A DNA stretch of 64,000 bases from contig NC_083418.1 in assembly GCF_020745735.1 (NCBI RefSeq), positions 49,741,776 to 49,805,775 of the forward strand. The letters run 5' to 3'. The position numbers and the translations under genes are program-made. This document shows positions 52,546-64,000 of the stretch, piece by piece. The notes beneath the pieces were generated by a model. That model worked only from the letters and a program-made list of their open reading frames with translations, was not told the origin of the DNA and did no database searches. Origin of the DNA: Hemiscyllium ocellatum (taxonomy: Eukaryota). Numbering within the stretch: position 1 is the stretch's first letter; every line of letters starts with the position of its first letter.

Positions 52546-53239
52546 CCACACCCCCTCCCCCCTTCTGAGAGGTTCAAACCTCAATTATATCCCATTTCCC
52601 CCCCCCAATGCAGTGCAGAGGACTTGAATCTCTGTCTGCCACTGCGCTTGGGAAACTGTATCTTTCAACTGAACTAATCACCATGTGTGGAATCCATAGA
52701 AAAGAGAGTGATTGAGTGAGGATACAGTCTCCAGCACACAGGAATATCAAGACTGACCAAGGTTTGTAATCTTACCTTGTGGGCCCATTGTCTTGAGACA
52801 TCGATGTTCCGGGTGGCCGCTGACACCATCTGACCTTAACTATCCATTTGGATCCTGCCGACTATGCCAATATAGCCATCCTGTTTCACCCCCTCAGTCA
52901 AAGCAAAATGCTTAACGACACAGTATTGTTTTATCTCCTTCACTTTTATCCTTGGCCCTGGAGGGAGAGAGAGAAAACAATCCCCCATGTGCACAGAGAC
53001 ATGAGGTCAAGCTCTTCTCTGGAACAGCAGTTTCTCAATGAATTATACAGTCATTTTACAGGGAGGAGCATCCAGTTAAGGCAACATAATATTAATTGGG
53101 TGACCATTACAATCAATGAGTATCAATAGCAGAGAACAACAATAGGACAGTACTTTTTGCATTGTCACAGGGAATTAGCAGAGTTGGAATTGACCTTTAT
53201 TGTCATTGTTGATGGTGTATTACAAGTTGGGTGAAGAGA

Positions 53240-53470
53240 GAATCAGGGTCGATGGTTGTGCTTTTCCAGCACACACTGTCCGGCAGCATTTAGGAGCAGG
53301 AGAATCGATGTTTCGAGCTTAAGCCCTTCATCAAGAAGGGCTCCCGGTGAAGGGCTTATGTTCGAAATGTTGACTCTCGTGCTCTGTGGATGCTGCCTGA
53401 CGTGTGGTGCTGGAAAAGCACCACCATCTTTGGCTCTGATCTCCAGCATCTGCAGTCCTCACTTTCTCCT
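53240..53470. repeat. Penelope-derived hairpin; a similar element lies at 59005-59220
   Basis: Mirrored gtgcttttccagcac / gtgctggaaaagcac arms with degenerate hammerhead cores. Confidence 0.65.
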
Positions 53471-53567
53471 CCCTGAAAAGAAAGTCATGCTTGACTGTTG
53501 GGACTATGTTATCAATTAAACACAATTCATTCACTAGGTGCTTATTTGAATAACACACTTATTACTA

Positions 53568-53783
53568 CAGGTCATACTGCTATAACGTGCATTTCGTTAA
53601 CATGAATTTGCTATAACACGATTGATGGATTGGGGCACTGTTTCTAAAGTGCAAAGTTTGAAGTGTGTATTGATTCTAAAGCAGTTCCAGCTCTATTAGT
53701 ATAAATGGTGCTGCTATTACCCAATTTCTTAAAACACAGGATTGCACAAGGACAGAACTACTGCATGATAGCAGAACTGACTG
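53568..53783. mobile_element. Putative Tc1/mariner-pogo MITE
   Basis: TA|CAGgtcatactgctata ... atagcagaactgaCTG|TA: imperfect TIRs flanked by TA. Confidence 0.5.
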
Positions 53784-54735
53784 TACCAGAGAGATCTCAA
53801 TCATTGTCGTTCACGACCATTACCCAGTAGAGTTTGCAGCCGGCCAAGCTGAACATCTTCACCATTCCTCCTGATATAGGATACCATTTTGCACAATGTT
53901 AAATTTCACAGTGTTGTTAAACAAAGGGATTTCTTCAGGCTGTTTATACACAAGTCTTTGTGCCAAATGTGTGCCTTATTTGGAATTATGCTTACATGTG
54001 ATCAACCCTGAAAATGCATGTCGTATTTGGACTTACCCATGCATGTGAGCAATCCCAAATGTTTTGTCCAAATGTATGTTTTGTCTGGTAGAGACAGCAG
54101 TTCCTGATTTCCTGCACTTAAAACTCTCAGTAGACCTGATCAGAATTATGCCAAGTGATTCACATAACACCTGAGTCATTCACATTTTTAGGTCTCTTGT
54201 CAGTTCCTGTCTGTTCCTGTTATCTTCAGCCTTATCCAACATTATGAAGTACATGAAAAGTTGGAAGACTGTTTTGCCGATCATTGGCCAATAAGGATGG
54301 TTTGTTTGTCCTTTACCTTGTTAAAATATTTCTGCAGAGTTGTGTTGTCCTTTGGGTTGGATGAGTGTCTTTGTATTTGTAGAAAGGGGACTTAGTTCTA
54401 ATTCTGATTAAAAGCCTAATTGTAAGCAAGCTTTGCCACTTGTTTTTAGAAATTAGCTTTGTTTTATAATAAATGTACTATTTTTAAGCTTATTAAGGAA
54501 ACTTGGTGGAAGTCTGAATAGCAGTACTAAAAGGGAAACAATTGACCAGTTTGGTGATTTGAATCAAAACATTTATGATGACAGTGAGACTCATGGAGTA
54601 GTCTGGTTGATTACTAGCACATTCCTTACAACACTGTGATTTCCACTTCAAGGTTTGCAGTTATATAATGACTATTTGAACGGTGAAGTACCATAACACA
54701 GAAATTATGGGGAAATAAATCTAAGCAAGGACTCA

Positions 54736-56185
54736 CTTGTTTTTTATAAATTTTTTATTGAAAACCTTTTTAAATCTTTTACATGACATTTATGTACAAA
54801 AAAAATCAAAACAGAAAAAAAGGCAGTATAACAAAGCCATAACACAGTACTATTGTTAATGAATGACCAACTATTCTACCAAAAGCCTACTTAACTTAAA
54901 TGAAACTACCAACATATTAAATAAATACTAACTTAAGCTAAATTCAAGTAATGTAAATTAAATAATATCTCACTATATTCGATCTCACTTATCACACTGA
55001 GACTCCCATCCCTGGGAGCACCATCTATAGTACCTGTATTCTTTTTCCCCAGTTCCCTCCTCCCGGGCCCCATGGGCACCTGTACCGATTCCCACGGCCC
55101 TAATTAAATTGCTGATACGTCAGCATCAATATAATTTTAAAAGGGTTGCCATGTCTTATAAGTCTGTTCCGTTTAGTGGTGCACCATGCTTGTGAGATAG
55201 TCTTCAGGGAGATGCTCCATCACCAGCCTCTGCCACCCCGTAAGACTTGGTGGTTTATCCGATGTCCAATTCAGTAGAATGTTTTTCCTCGCACAATGGG
55301 TAAGCATATGACACAATCTCTTCCCGTGATCCCCCAGAGAGGGCACATTTGGCAACCTCAAAGGAAGAATTACCGGATCCACATTAATTTTAATCCCCAG
55401 GGTGTCCTTTAGCTCCTTTACTATAGCACTCCAGTATCTCTGGATCTTGCAACATGACCAATAGCAGTGTGTGAGAGTGCTTATACTAATTTTACATTTG
55501 GGGCACCCTTGTGATACTCCTCTCTTGAACTTAGTTAATCTGTCTGGCACCATATGAGCCTTGTGTAAGATCTCCAATTGCATGGCCTGCGCTCTGTTAC
55601 ATACTGAGATTTTCCTTACATTCCCCCAGATGTCTTCCCATACCTCCAATGAAATATCCTCTCATAACTCTCGATTCCACGTCTTACAAAGTCTTTCCAT
55701 GTTCCCCAGGGCATGGCCTTTCTATAAATGATATAAACCAGTGAGTGAAAGAGCACCCGTAAACTGAAATACTCTTTTCTCTAAGTCTGATTTGTAATAC
55801 TAGACCAGGAGCATGGTCTTCCTCTGTACGTAGTCCCTTATCTAGAAATATCAGAAAAGGTCCCTATTAGTCAATCCATATTTCTGACTTAACTGACTAA
55901 GTGACATCAGGACCTCCCCCTCGAATAAATCTCCCAGACAGAAGATTCCCTTATTCTCCCATGCCTTAAAGCTGGAGTCCATTGCCCCAGGTTTAAATTC
56001 TTGGGCTCCTGCCAACTGGGAAAATGGCAAAGTCTTACAGCAATTGCCCTCTTCTTGCCTCATTATCCTCTAGGCTCTCACTGTCTTCAAAATAATTGGA
56101 CTTGTACACTGCTGGGTCATGGATTTCATCTTGTCCATAAATAATAAATTAATTAAAGGACATCTTGACTGCGAGGCTTCAATAC
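54736..56185 (-). mobile_element. 5'-truncated L1-clade LINE (ORF2 C-terminal Cys-rich domain, polyA) with TSD
   Basis: CPKCK..TLTHCYWSC motif; AATAAA and A-tail at ~54740-54760 on -; CAAGGACTCA at 54726-54735 and 56186-56195, followed by TTTTT/AG. Confidence 0.85.
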
Positions 56186-56373
56186 CAAGGACTCATTTTT
56201 AGTAGAGAATAAAGGAGGAAACAAATCTGCTGAGAATATACTAGTGTTACTTAACATCACCTTCTCTTCCCCATCCCACAGTTGGGACTTTTCATTCATT
56301 AATGGTGAGAGACATTTAAAACACAAACCAATGAAAGTTTTGAAGTTGAGATCTTGTCGGACTAAGCATACAG

Positions 56374-56686
56374 GTTAAATTAGATTACTTACAGAGTGGA
56401 AACAGGCCCTTCAGCCCAACAAGTCCACATCGACCCGCCAAAGCGCAGCCCACCCATACCCCTACATTTACCCCTTACCTAACACTATGGGCAATTTAGT
56501 TTGGCCAATTCACCTGACCCACACATCTTTGGAATGTGGGAGGAAACCGGAGCACCCGGAGGAAACCCACGCAGACACGGGGAGAACGTGCAAACTCCAC
56601 ACATTCAGTCGCCTGAGTCGGGAATTGAACCCGGGTCTCAGGCGCTGTGAGGCAGCAGTGCTAACCACTGTGCCACCGTGCCGCCC
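56374..56686 (-). mobile_element. Full-length HE1/V-SINE; another copy at ~61860-62155 (-)
   Basis: tRNA head with A box TGGCACAGTGG and B box GGTTCAATTCC, V domain gtgggtttcctccgggtgctccggtttcctcccac, CR1-like tail. Confidence 0.9.
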
Positions 56687-57221
56687 AGAACACCATTAAA
56701 AATCACAGAACACCAAGTTATAGTCTAACAGGTTTATTTGGAAGCATTAGCTTTCGGAGCACTGCTCCTTCATCAGATCATTGACAACCACTTGATGGAG
56801 GAGCAGTGATCCGAAAGCTAGTGCTGTTGGACTATAACCTGGTGTTCTGTGATTTTTAACTTTGAGCACCCCAGGCCAACACCAGATCCTCCAAATCAGG
56901 TTAGATTAAATAAAGGGTAAGCTAGCTAGGTGTGAGTTGGGCCATGGGCAGCAAAATTTGGAATATATTCCAGTTTAAGCAGGGTGCAAGGTGGGAGACT
57001 AATGAGGAGAACATTGGAATAGTTAAATAAGCGAATGAGGGAGAAAAGAATAAGGGATTCTACTTGTGGTGTTTGCTGAAACATAGGAGGAGTTTACTGT
57101 CAAGCTGTTTAACCTAAATGGTTATTTTTATGCTGTTTGTTCTTTGTAAATCAAATGCATTTTAGAAAGTTTTGTTTGATGGACACTTACAAAATAGTCT
57201 TATGTTCTTTTTAATTCTCAG

Positions 57222-57575
57222 AAAGCAAGTTGACGTTAAAAGACAGTCCAAGTTTCGTTGAAGTAATGTATAATGAAAATTGTCTTCTGAATTGTGAAAT
57301 TGCTGAATTCACTGGGTCCGAACTGACTCCACAGAACTTGGGCATTTTATGGTCTTTCACTAGTGACACCAAAAAATCGAATGCATTTGTCTACAATTCT
57401 GGCATAATAACTGAGAAATGGAAAGAAGCTGAGCTACTGACCAGCTCCATTATACGTGGAAACATGTCCCTGTTGCTCAAAGATGTTGTTAATAAACATG
57501 CTGGACAGTACCAATGTGAAGTTTATATTCCACCAAATGATAAAGCCACTAAGACAGTAACACTTGAGGTTTTAG
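57222..57575 (+). CDS. NCR3LG1: Gene 2 Ig V-set exon, B7-H6/NCR3LG1-like
   Basis: ttctcag| ... TTAG|gtaaga. LLNCEI..LGILW..GNMSLLLKDV..AGQYQCEV parallels human B7-H6 IFCNI..MGITW..GDASLRL..AGEYRCEV. Family-level call; orthology not tested. Confidence 0.7.
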
Positions 57576-59383
57576 GTAAGAAGATTTATTTGTTGTAAGT
57601 CATTCTACATTCCAGTACAATACAGGTATTGTCTGCTTTTAAAATATTTGCTTTACACCACTTCACTTTTACGAAAGACCTACACTAGTACCTGTTTTTT
57701 GCGAATCCAAAGAGGATTTTCACTTTTACAAAAAAAGGCAAAATTTTTCCCATAGAAATCATGCATCTTTTTGCCATTTTTGGCTTATGAAAGCTTTCCT
57801 GGGAATGCTCTATTTTCTGACAGCGGGGGATGCCTGAACAATGCTATGAGTTTAATATACTTAAACAGTATATAGTCAAAATTTGCTTCTGCACTGTCAA
57901 TTGTCAATCATGTTTTGCAAGTTTGTTTGCATGATGCACTGTAAATTGGCATTTACCAAATGAAACAAAAGTTGCTGATTCAATACAGTACTTGAGTTTT
58001 GGGGAAATAAAGTATTTCAGTGAAGATAACTATACAATCTGTGATTAAGAATATAGCATTAAAATTAAAGTTTGAATAGCATTTTAGCAGCTTCATCCTG
58101 GCAGAGGTGAAGGGGACTTAGAGAAATTTTTCTTCACTTTCACTTGCATGCCAGGATTATCTGTTCCTTCTGACACACCACAGCTAGTAGAATGGTTAGA
58201 ATTAATAACAAGTTTTCTTCATTTTTCAACAAGTCATGCAGTACCTAAGTCCCATTGCATGTCTTTGAAATAGCCCATTGACTTGGGTTGGTTTATTGTC
58301 TCATCTGAATGATGACCTTGAACACTACCACGTGCAACGTTTTGTAATGTTGACCCTTATCACATCACACTTTGCCTTCACATTTCTAGGGGAGAAAAAA
58401 GGTCTGTTAGGTCTTTCCTAGTGGTTATAACTTCTCAGTTGCAGTATTATCCTTGTGAACATATCTGTTTCTATAATGTGGAAACCAGACATGGATACAT
58501 TTCCTGAAATTAGATCATGTCAGATTAATATGCAAATTAAATACTTTTACAGTTCAAAATTTCTCGAAATGCATCTCAGTGCTTGAGATTTGGTCTTGTT
58601 GTCTTGATTACTTTCTTTCTCCACTATCCCACTTTGACTTTATCTCTCCAATATCAGGGCTCTATGTTCTTATTAAAATGCAATCTCGTGCTTATCTGAA
58701 TTCATTTCCTATGTGTTAATTTGGATGTAAGTTTACTAACATCATATTTTTTAGACATGTTCTTCATTTTCTGTTGTTTACACTGTCTTTTTTTTAATTT
58801 CAAAATTATATTCTGGAACCAGAACTACAAATTGCTAATTTAAATCATAAACAACAATGATCCCAGCACCAATCTTTGAGGAATGCCACTTCCCACCATT
58901 TGTCTGTCCTAACCCCTATATTTATGTGTTCTATTCTATTATCTACTCAGTCACCTATGCAACTTTCTTTCTAAAATGAGAATCATATTAATTGTCCTCC
59001 AGTTCTCTGGGAGAAAGTGAGGACTGCAGATGCTGGAGTAGAGTCGAGTGCGGTGCTGGAAAAGCACAGCAGGTCAAGCAACATCTGAGGAACAGGAGAA
59101 TCCATGTTTTGGGCATAAGCCCTTCCTGATGAAGTGCACAAGCCTGAAACATCAATTCTCCTGCTCCTTGGCTGCTGCCTGACCTCCTGTGCTTTTCCTG
59201 CACCATATTCTCGACTCCAATTTTCTGGCACTGTTCTCTTTACTGATGATTGTTAATTGAGATATATTTATTTAATAATGGCTCTGCTATTTATTTACCT
59301 TGCATAGATCTGATCAATGCATTATTTTTGAAGTACACATATGCAGTTATTGTTGAGACTAACATACCTGCTTATTTTGGTAG

Positions 59384-59710
59384 CCCGGCCTACAGTAATT
59401 GTGACTTCAGAAAAAATTGTGGAAGTTGGAACAGGTGGAGAGATGGCCTTGGGTTGTCAGTTAAGTGGGTATTATCCTTGCGAAAGCAATACGGAATGGT
59501 TGCAGACAACCCCAGCAGAAGGAAAGCCAAACGTGTTGACTGATATTTGCACTGCCCCGCCAGTCAAAAACCCTGATGGAACATGCAACATAACCACTGA
59601 GGTTAGATTACAGCCTGGAGTAGGAGACATTGGCAGCACTTTCACATGCCGTGTCTCTCACAAGTCTTTTACAAAACCACACCAGGTGGAAGCTTTGGTG
59701 ACTTTGAAAG
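59384..59710 (+). CDS. NCR3LG1: Gene 2 Ig C1-set exon, B7-H6/NCR3LG1-like
   Basis: ttttggtag| ... AAAG|gtgagt. LGCQLSGYYP..W..PPVKNPDGTCNITT..FTCRVSHKS resembles B7-H6 GPTIKNMDGTFNVTS..YQCVVRHAS. Confidence 0.75.
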
Positions 59711-60499
59711 GTGAGTTGCAATAATTTTAGCTTTTCTTTATTAAATACAAAGTCTATAGCATCTTGGCTAAGTTCATATTGAAAAGCATTTTAATATTAA
59801 CCAAAGAACTGCAGTTATAATTTCTTGGGGACACAATCAAAGATGACGCTTTAGGAATGGATTTGTTTGATACAGGCAGGCTAGTGAAATTTTAACTTCC
59901 CCGTGTTCTTAAAATTTATTTTTACAAAGCATTTCAACTTGATATAATACTCGATTAACTTCTATATAAATGTGACAGAATTAGATTACATGTGTATTGC
60001 GAGCAATATCTCTGAATTTGCTGTGGTTTTTCGTATGTCAATGTCTTTCAAATGATAATTTTTAAATACAGGTATTCCCTGACTTAGAATGCTCATATTT
60101 AGAAGTGCCATCTGACACATGATTATAATTTTAAAGACCTGACACATGAACACTTCCTATAACAAACAGCTGATTTCAGTTGCTGTGCATTGTGTTCTGA
60201 CTTGCATGCAGTTCGGCTTGCAGGAATGCAACTGGAGACTGTCTTTGTTACTTGTGTTCCATCTAATGAGTTAGACACCTATTCTATACTAAATACCTAC
60301 ATCTGCCCTACATGTGACTCGACAACTTTTCAGGATTCTTGGGACAAGTTTAATTGTCTTTTGTTTAATGGATTTTAATTTTCTATTTATTGCATTAACA
60401 AACATTTTTCGTGGAAAATTAGCCTATGACCATTGTTCCCATGCATTGTAATAAATTTTAATGAAGGTGTGTGGTGGGTAAGTTACTTGATAAGATTTT

Positions 60500-61775
60500 T
60501 TCTGGATAAGATCAAGATGCATTTGAAAAGACAGGGTTTGATTAGGAGTAGTGAGCATGGCTTTGTGTGTGGGAGATTGTGCCTGACAAATTTGTTAGAG
60601 TTATTTGACAAAGTGACCAAGAAGGTTGACGAGGGCAGGGCAGTGGATGTAGTATGTATGGATTTTAGTCAGGCCTTTGATAAGGTTCCACATGGAAGGT
60701 TAGATCGCAGTGGAATTCAGGGTGAGCTGGCAAATTGGATACAAAATTGGTTTGATGGTAGGAAGCAGAGGGTAATGGTGAAAGGATACTTGTCGGAATG
60801 AAGGCCTGTGGTTAGTGTAGTTTCTCAGGGGTCGGCACTGGGCCAATTGCTGTTTGTTATCTATATCAATGATTTGGATGAGAATATAGAAGGCAAGATT
60901 AGTAAGTTTGCTGATGACACTAAAATAGGCAGTATCATGGACAGCAAGGAATGTTCTCAGAAATTGCAGCAGTACCTTGATCAGCTAGGGAAGCGGGCCG
61001 AGAAATGGCAAACTGAGTTTAACATAGATAAGTGTGAGGTCTTGCATTTGGAAAGTCAATGGTAGGGCCTTAAGGAACATAGTGGAACAGAAAGATCTTG
61101 GAGTTCAGGTTCACAGTTCTCTGAAATTGGAGTCACAGTTAGACAAGACAGTGAAGACGGCTTTTGGCACACTGGCCTTCCTCAGTCAGGGTACTGAGCA
61201 TAGAAGTTAGGAAGTTATGTTGCAGTTATACAGAACCTTGGTGAGGCCGCACTTGGAATATTGTGTTCTGTTTTTGTCACTTTGTTATAGGAAGGATGTT
61301 ATTAAACTGGAAAGAGCGCAGAAGAAGTTTACAAGGATGATGTCTGGATTCAATGGTCTGAGTTAGAGGGAGAGGTTGGACAAGCTAGGACTTTTTTTCT
61401 TTAGAGCATAAGAGACTGAGGGGGCATCTTGTAGAGGTATATAAGATCATGAGAGGCATGGATAAGATGAATGCACTCTGCTTTTTTCCCAAGTTTGGGG
61501 AATCGAGGACAAGAGGGCACCAGTTTAAGGTTAGAGGGGAAAGAATTAAAGGGAAACTGAGGAGCAACTTTTTTTTACAAAAGGTAGTATGCGTATGAAA
61601 TGAGCTGCAGTGGAAGTGGCTCAGTAGACCATTAACGACATTTAAAAAGCATTTGGACAAATACATGGATATGAAAGGACTAGAAGGATATGGTCCAAGT
61701 GCAGGGAAATGGGGTTAGCATGGATGGACATTTTGGTTGGCATGGACCAATTTAGGCCAAATGGCCTGTGTAGGC
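60500..61775 (+). mobile_element. CR1 LINE RT region and 3' end
   Basis: DVVCMDFSQAFDKVPH, VSQGSALG, FADDTK. Confidence 0.9.
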
Positions 61776-63413
61776 CTATGACTCCACGTTTAAAATTTAA
61801 AATGAAATTGGGTGTACATTGAATGAAGCCATATGGCCCAACAATACGATTAGCATTTATGATTAGATTAGATTCCCTACAGTATGGAAATAGGTCCTTC
61901 AGCCCAACAAGTCCACACCAACCCTCCGAGGTATAATGCACCCAGACCAATTCCCTACCCTATGTTTAGCCCTGACTTAGCAATTTAGCATGGCCAGTTC
62001 ACCTGACCTGCACATCTTTGGATTGAGGAAACCGGAGCAGCCGGAGGAAACCCATGCAACACTGGGAGAATGTGCAAACTCCACACAGGCAGTCAACTGG
62101 GGTGGGAATTGAAGCTGGGTCCCTGGTGCTAACCACTGAGCCACCGTGCCACCCCATTTATAACCACACTAGTTTTCTCCCATGTCATCAGCCTTATCTC
62201 AGCCTCAAAAGTATATACTTTCTTAGCATTTTCTCCTGTGTACTTATCTGGTTACCTTTTTAAAATCACCGAAGTTATCTGTCTCACTTACTGTGGTAGT
62301 GAATTCTTCATTGTATCCATTTTCTTTACTGAAGAAATTTTCTTTATTTTCTCATTGGATTTATTAGTCACTTCCTTGTACCTGTGGTCCTTGGTCTTAA
62401 TTCCTCCTGTAAGTGAAAACATTGTTCCATTTCTACCTTGTCCAAACCACATATAATTGTAAAGACCTCTTTAAGGACAATTGTAAGCATCCGGTTGTTT
62501 TGAAAATGGAGGCTTCAACCAGTTCAATTTTTTTCAATCGATGTGATCTCAGTTCTGATACCATGCTTGTGAACATATTTTCCACTTTCTATGTTTTTTT
62601 TATAATAGGCTACCAGAACTATTCACTCTACCTGCAGCCTGTCCAGGTTTCTGTACACATTTAACAAATGTACCAAGTCTAAAATCAATCCCATGATTTT
62701 ACCTGACACATTTAATGCTTTGTTCCCTTGGTGCTGTCATTGATGTGTTCACCTGTTTTCCTGAATTCCTTCATACCTTTACTCTCTTTGAAAAATAAGC
62801 TGGAGGTGACACTTCTGTATATTTTTCTATTGACTTCATTATATTTCTTGATGTCACTTAACTATTTGCCCTGCAGGTTTTCTGATATGATGTTCTGTTT
62901 CATTCTTTTGTTTTTAGTGTCAACTAAACTTGCTCTTTTTCTTAAGTATTTGTAAATTTTGATATGAAGTTTCTTATTCCTCAGCCTGAAGTCTCAGTTT
63001 TTTTTTAAATTGCCCATCCCTGGTTGCCCTTAAAATGGTGATGAGCTGCCTTCTGGAACCCCTGCGGTCCATTTGTTGTACATGGACCTACAAAGCCTTT
63101 AGGAAGGGCGAACCAAGGTTTTGATCCAGTGACATTAAATAAATGCAAGTTATGAATAACATTGATCCCCACATTGACTCTTGTGCAAATGCACTTCCAT
63201 TACAAATATCGTATTTTCCAAGTAATACAACTGGATCAAAAACAATGACGTATACAAGTGTAAAAACTAGTACCTATTATTTGTCTTATTAATTGGTTTG
63301 CCCAGGACTGTGCTAAGTATTTCTCTATTATACTTTACTCTATTATGCAGTATTACACAAGTGGGACTATTAAAACAGTTGAGTGTAAGAAATATGTAAC
63401 TTTTCTTTTGCAG

Positions 63414-63530
63414 AAGCTGAAATTCATTTGTCCCAAGCTTCAATAGTCGGAAGCATCATTGGGAGCATCATTACTTCTATTTTTGTACTCGGACTAGGAA
63501 CTTATTTCTATATGCGGTTCTATTATAAAG
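63414..63530 (+). CDS. Gene 2 transmembrane exon (EAEIHLSQASIVGSIIGSIITSIFVLGLGTYFYMRFYYK), phase 1-1; not in the ORF track
   Basis: ttttcttttgcag| ... AAAG|gtaaag. Hydrophobic span; 117 bp like the gene 1 TM exon. The gene continues past the window end. Confidence 0.85.
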
Positions 63531-64000
63531 GTAAAGCCACATTCTGAGTTCTGTTTGCTACTTCAGACACTTTAGGAGATAAACCTGGAGTAAATTACAG
63601 GCTGTTTATGGGTTGGGAGGAAACCTATTGAAAGTGCTTTTGCAGTAAAGCCCTAGATTTAGCCAATGATTCTCAAACTTACTATAGTTTCTTTTTTTTT
63701 TTGTTTTCTGCTTAAGCATTGTTGTTAAATAGCAATGATTACTCTGCCAGCAAAGAGTGCTTAATCAAAATGCATGCTAAAAACGAAATGCTCTGTAAAT
63801 CGAATAGTTTCAGAAGTGCTCTGCTCGGTATATTTGTTTTACTTTTATTAACCCCTCACACAACTACTTCTTTGCTGCTGTAGAGTACTTCTGCTACTCT
63901 ACCCTAACCTTTGTACTGTTTTACTATATTTTGATCTTTGATCTTGTATGGTGTTGCTGATAACAATTGCCCAGTGCATTCTGGCGTTAACAGTCAATGG

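Larger units (their letters stand above)
49548..53130 (-). mobile_element. Non-autonomous LTR element 2 (LTR family B: 49548-~50097 and ~52873-53130 truncated; tRNA-Ser PBS 52852-52869)
   Basis: Internal 50100-52100 is colinear with 43647-46300 of element 1. PBS TGGCATAGTCGGCAGGAT matches the tRNA-Ser 3' end at 17/18. Confidence 0.8.

Noticed and set aside
56620-56686. tRNA gene
   Set aside because: The A and B boxes belong to a SINE head continuing into the V domain and LINE-like tail. No complete cloverleaf.

Overview
This is eukaryotic genomic DNA from a cartilaginous fish. HE1/V-SINEs, CR1 LINEs and Penelope-derived fold-back repeats point to a shark; the species cannot be determined here. 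Two tandem + strand immunoglobulin-superfamily genes are present. Gene 1 (5' part outside the window) has a 117-bp transmembrane exon (6533-6649) followed by six in-frame C1-set Ig exons ending at a stop (26800), which gives a predicted ~691-aa tail of Ig domains on the cytoplasmic side. Four of the six domains lack one canonical disulfide Cys. Gene 2 (ATG 38631, CpG-rich promoter with a perfect ISRE) has leader, V, C1 and a homologous 117-bp TM exon (63414-63530). It resembles B7-H6/NCR3LG1 and continues beyond the window. Its 18.5-kb first intron holds a nest of antisense retroelements. A Gmr1-type Gypsy element (integrase before RT) is interrupted by one non-autonomous LTR element and abutted by a second. 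These two have different LTRs and PBSs but share an internal region carrying a processed, internally deleted RBPMS2-like cDNA behind a retrovirus-like splice donor/acceptor pair. Introns also carry many Penelope-derived hairpins, including a 1.29-kb near-perfect palindrome, with minimal hammerhead ribozyme motifs. All alignments and translations were done by eye.
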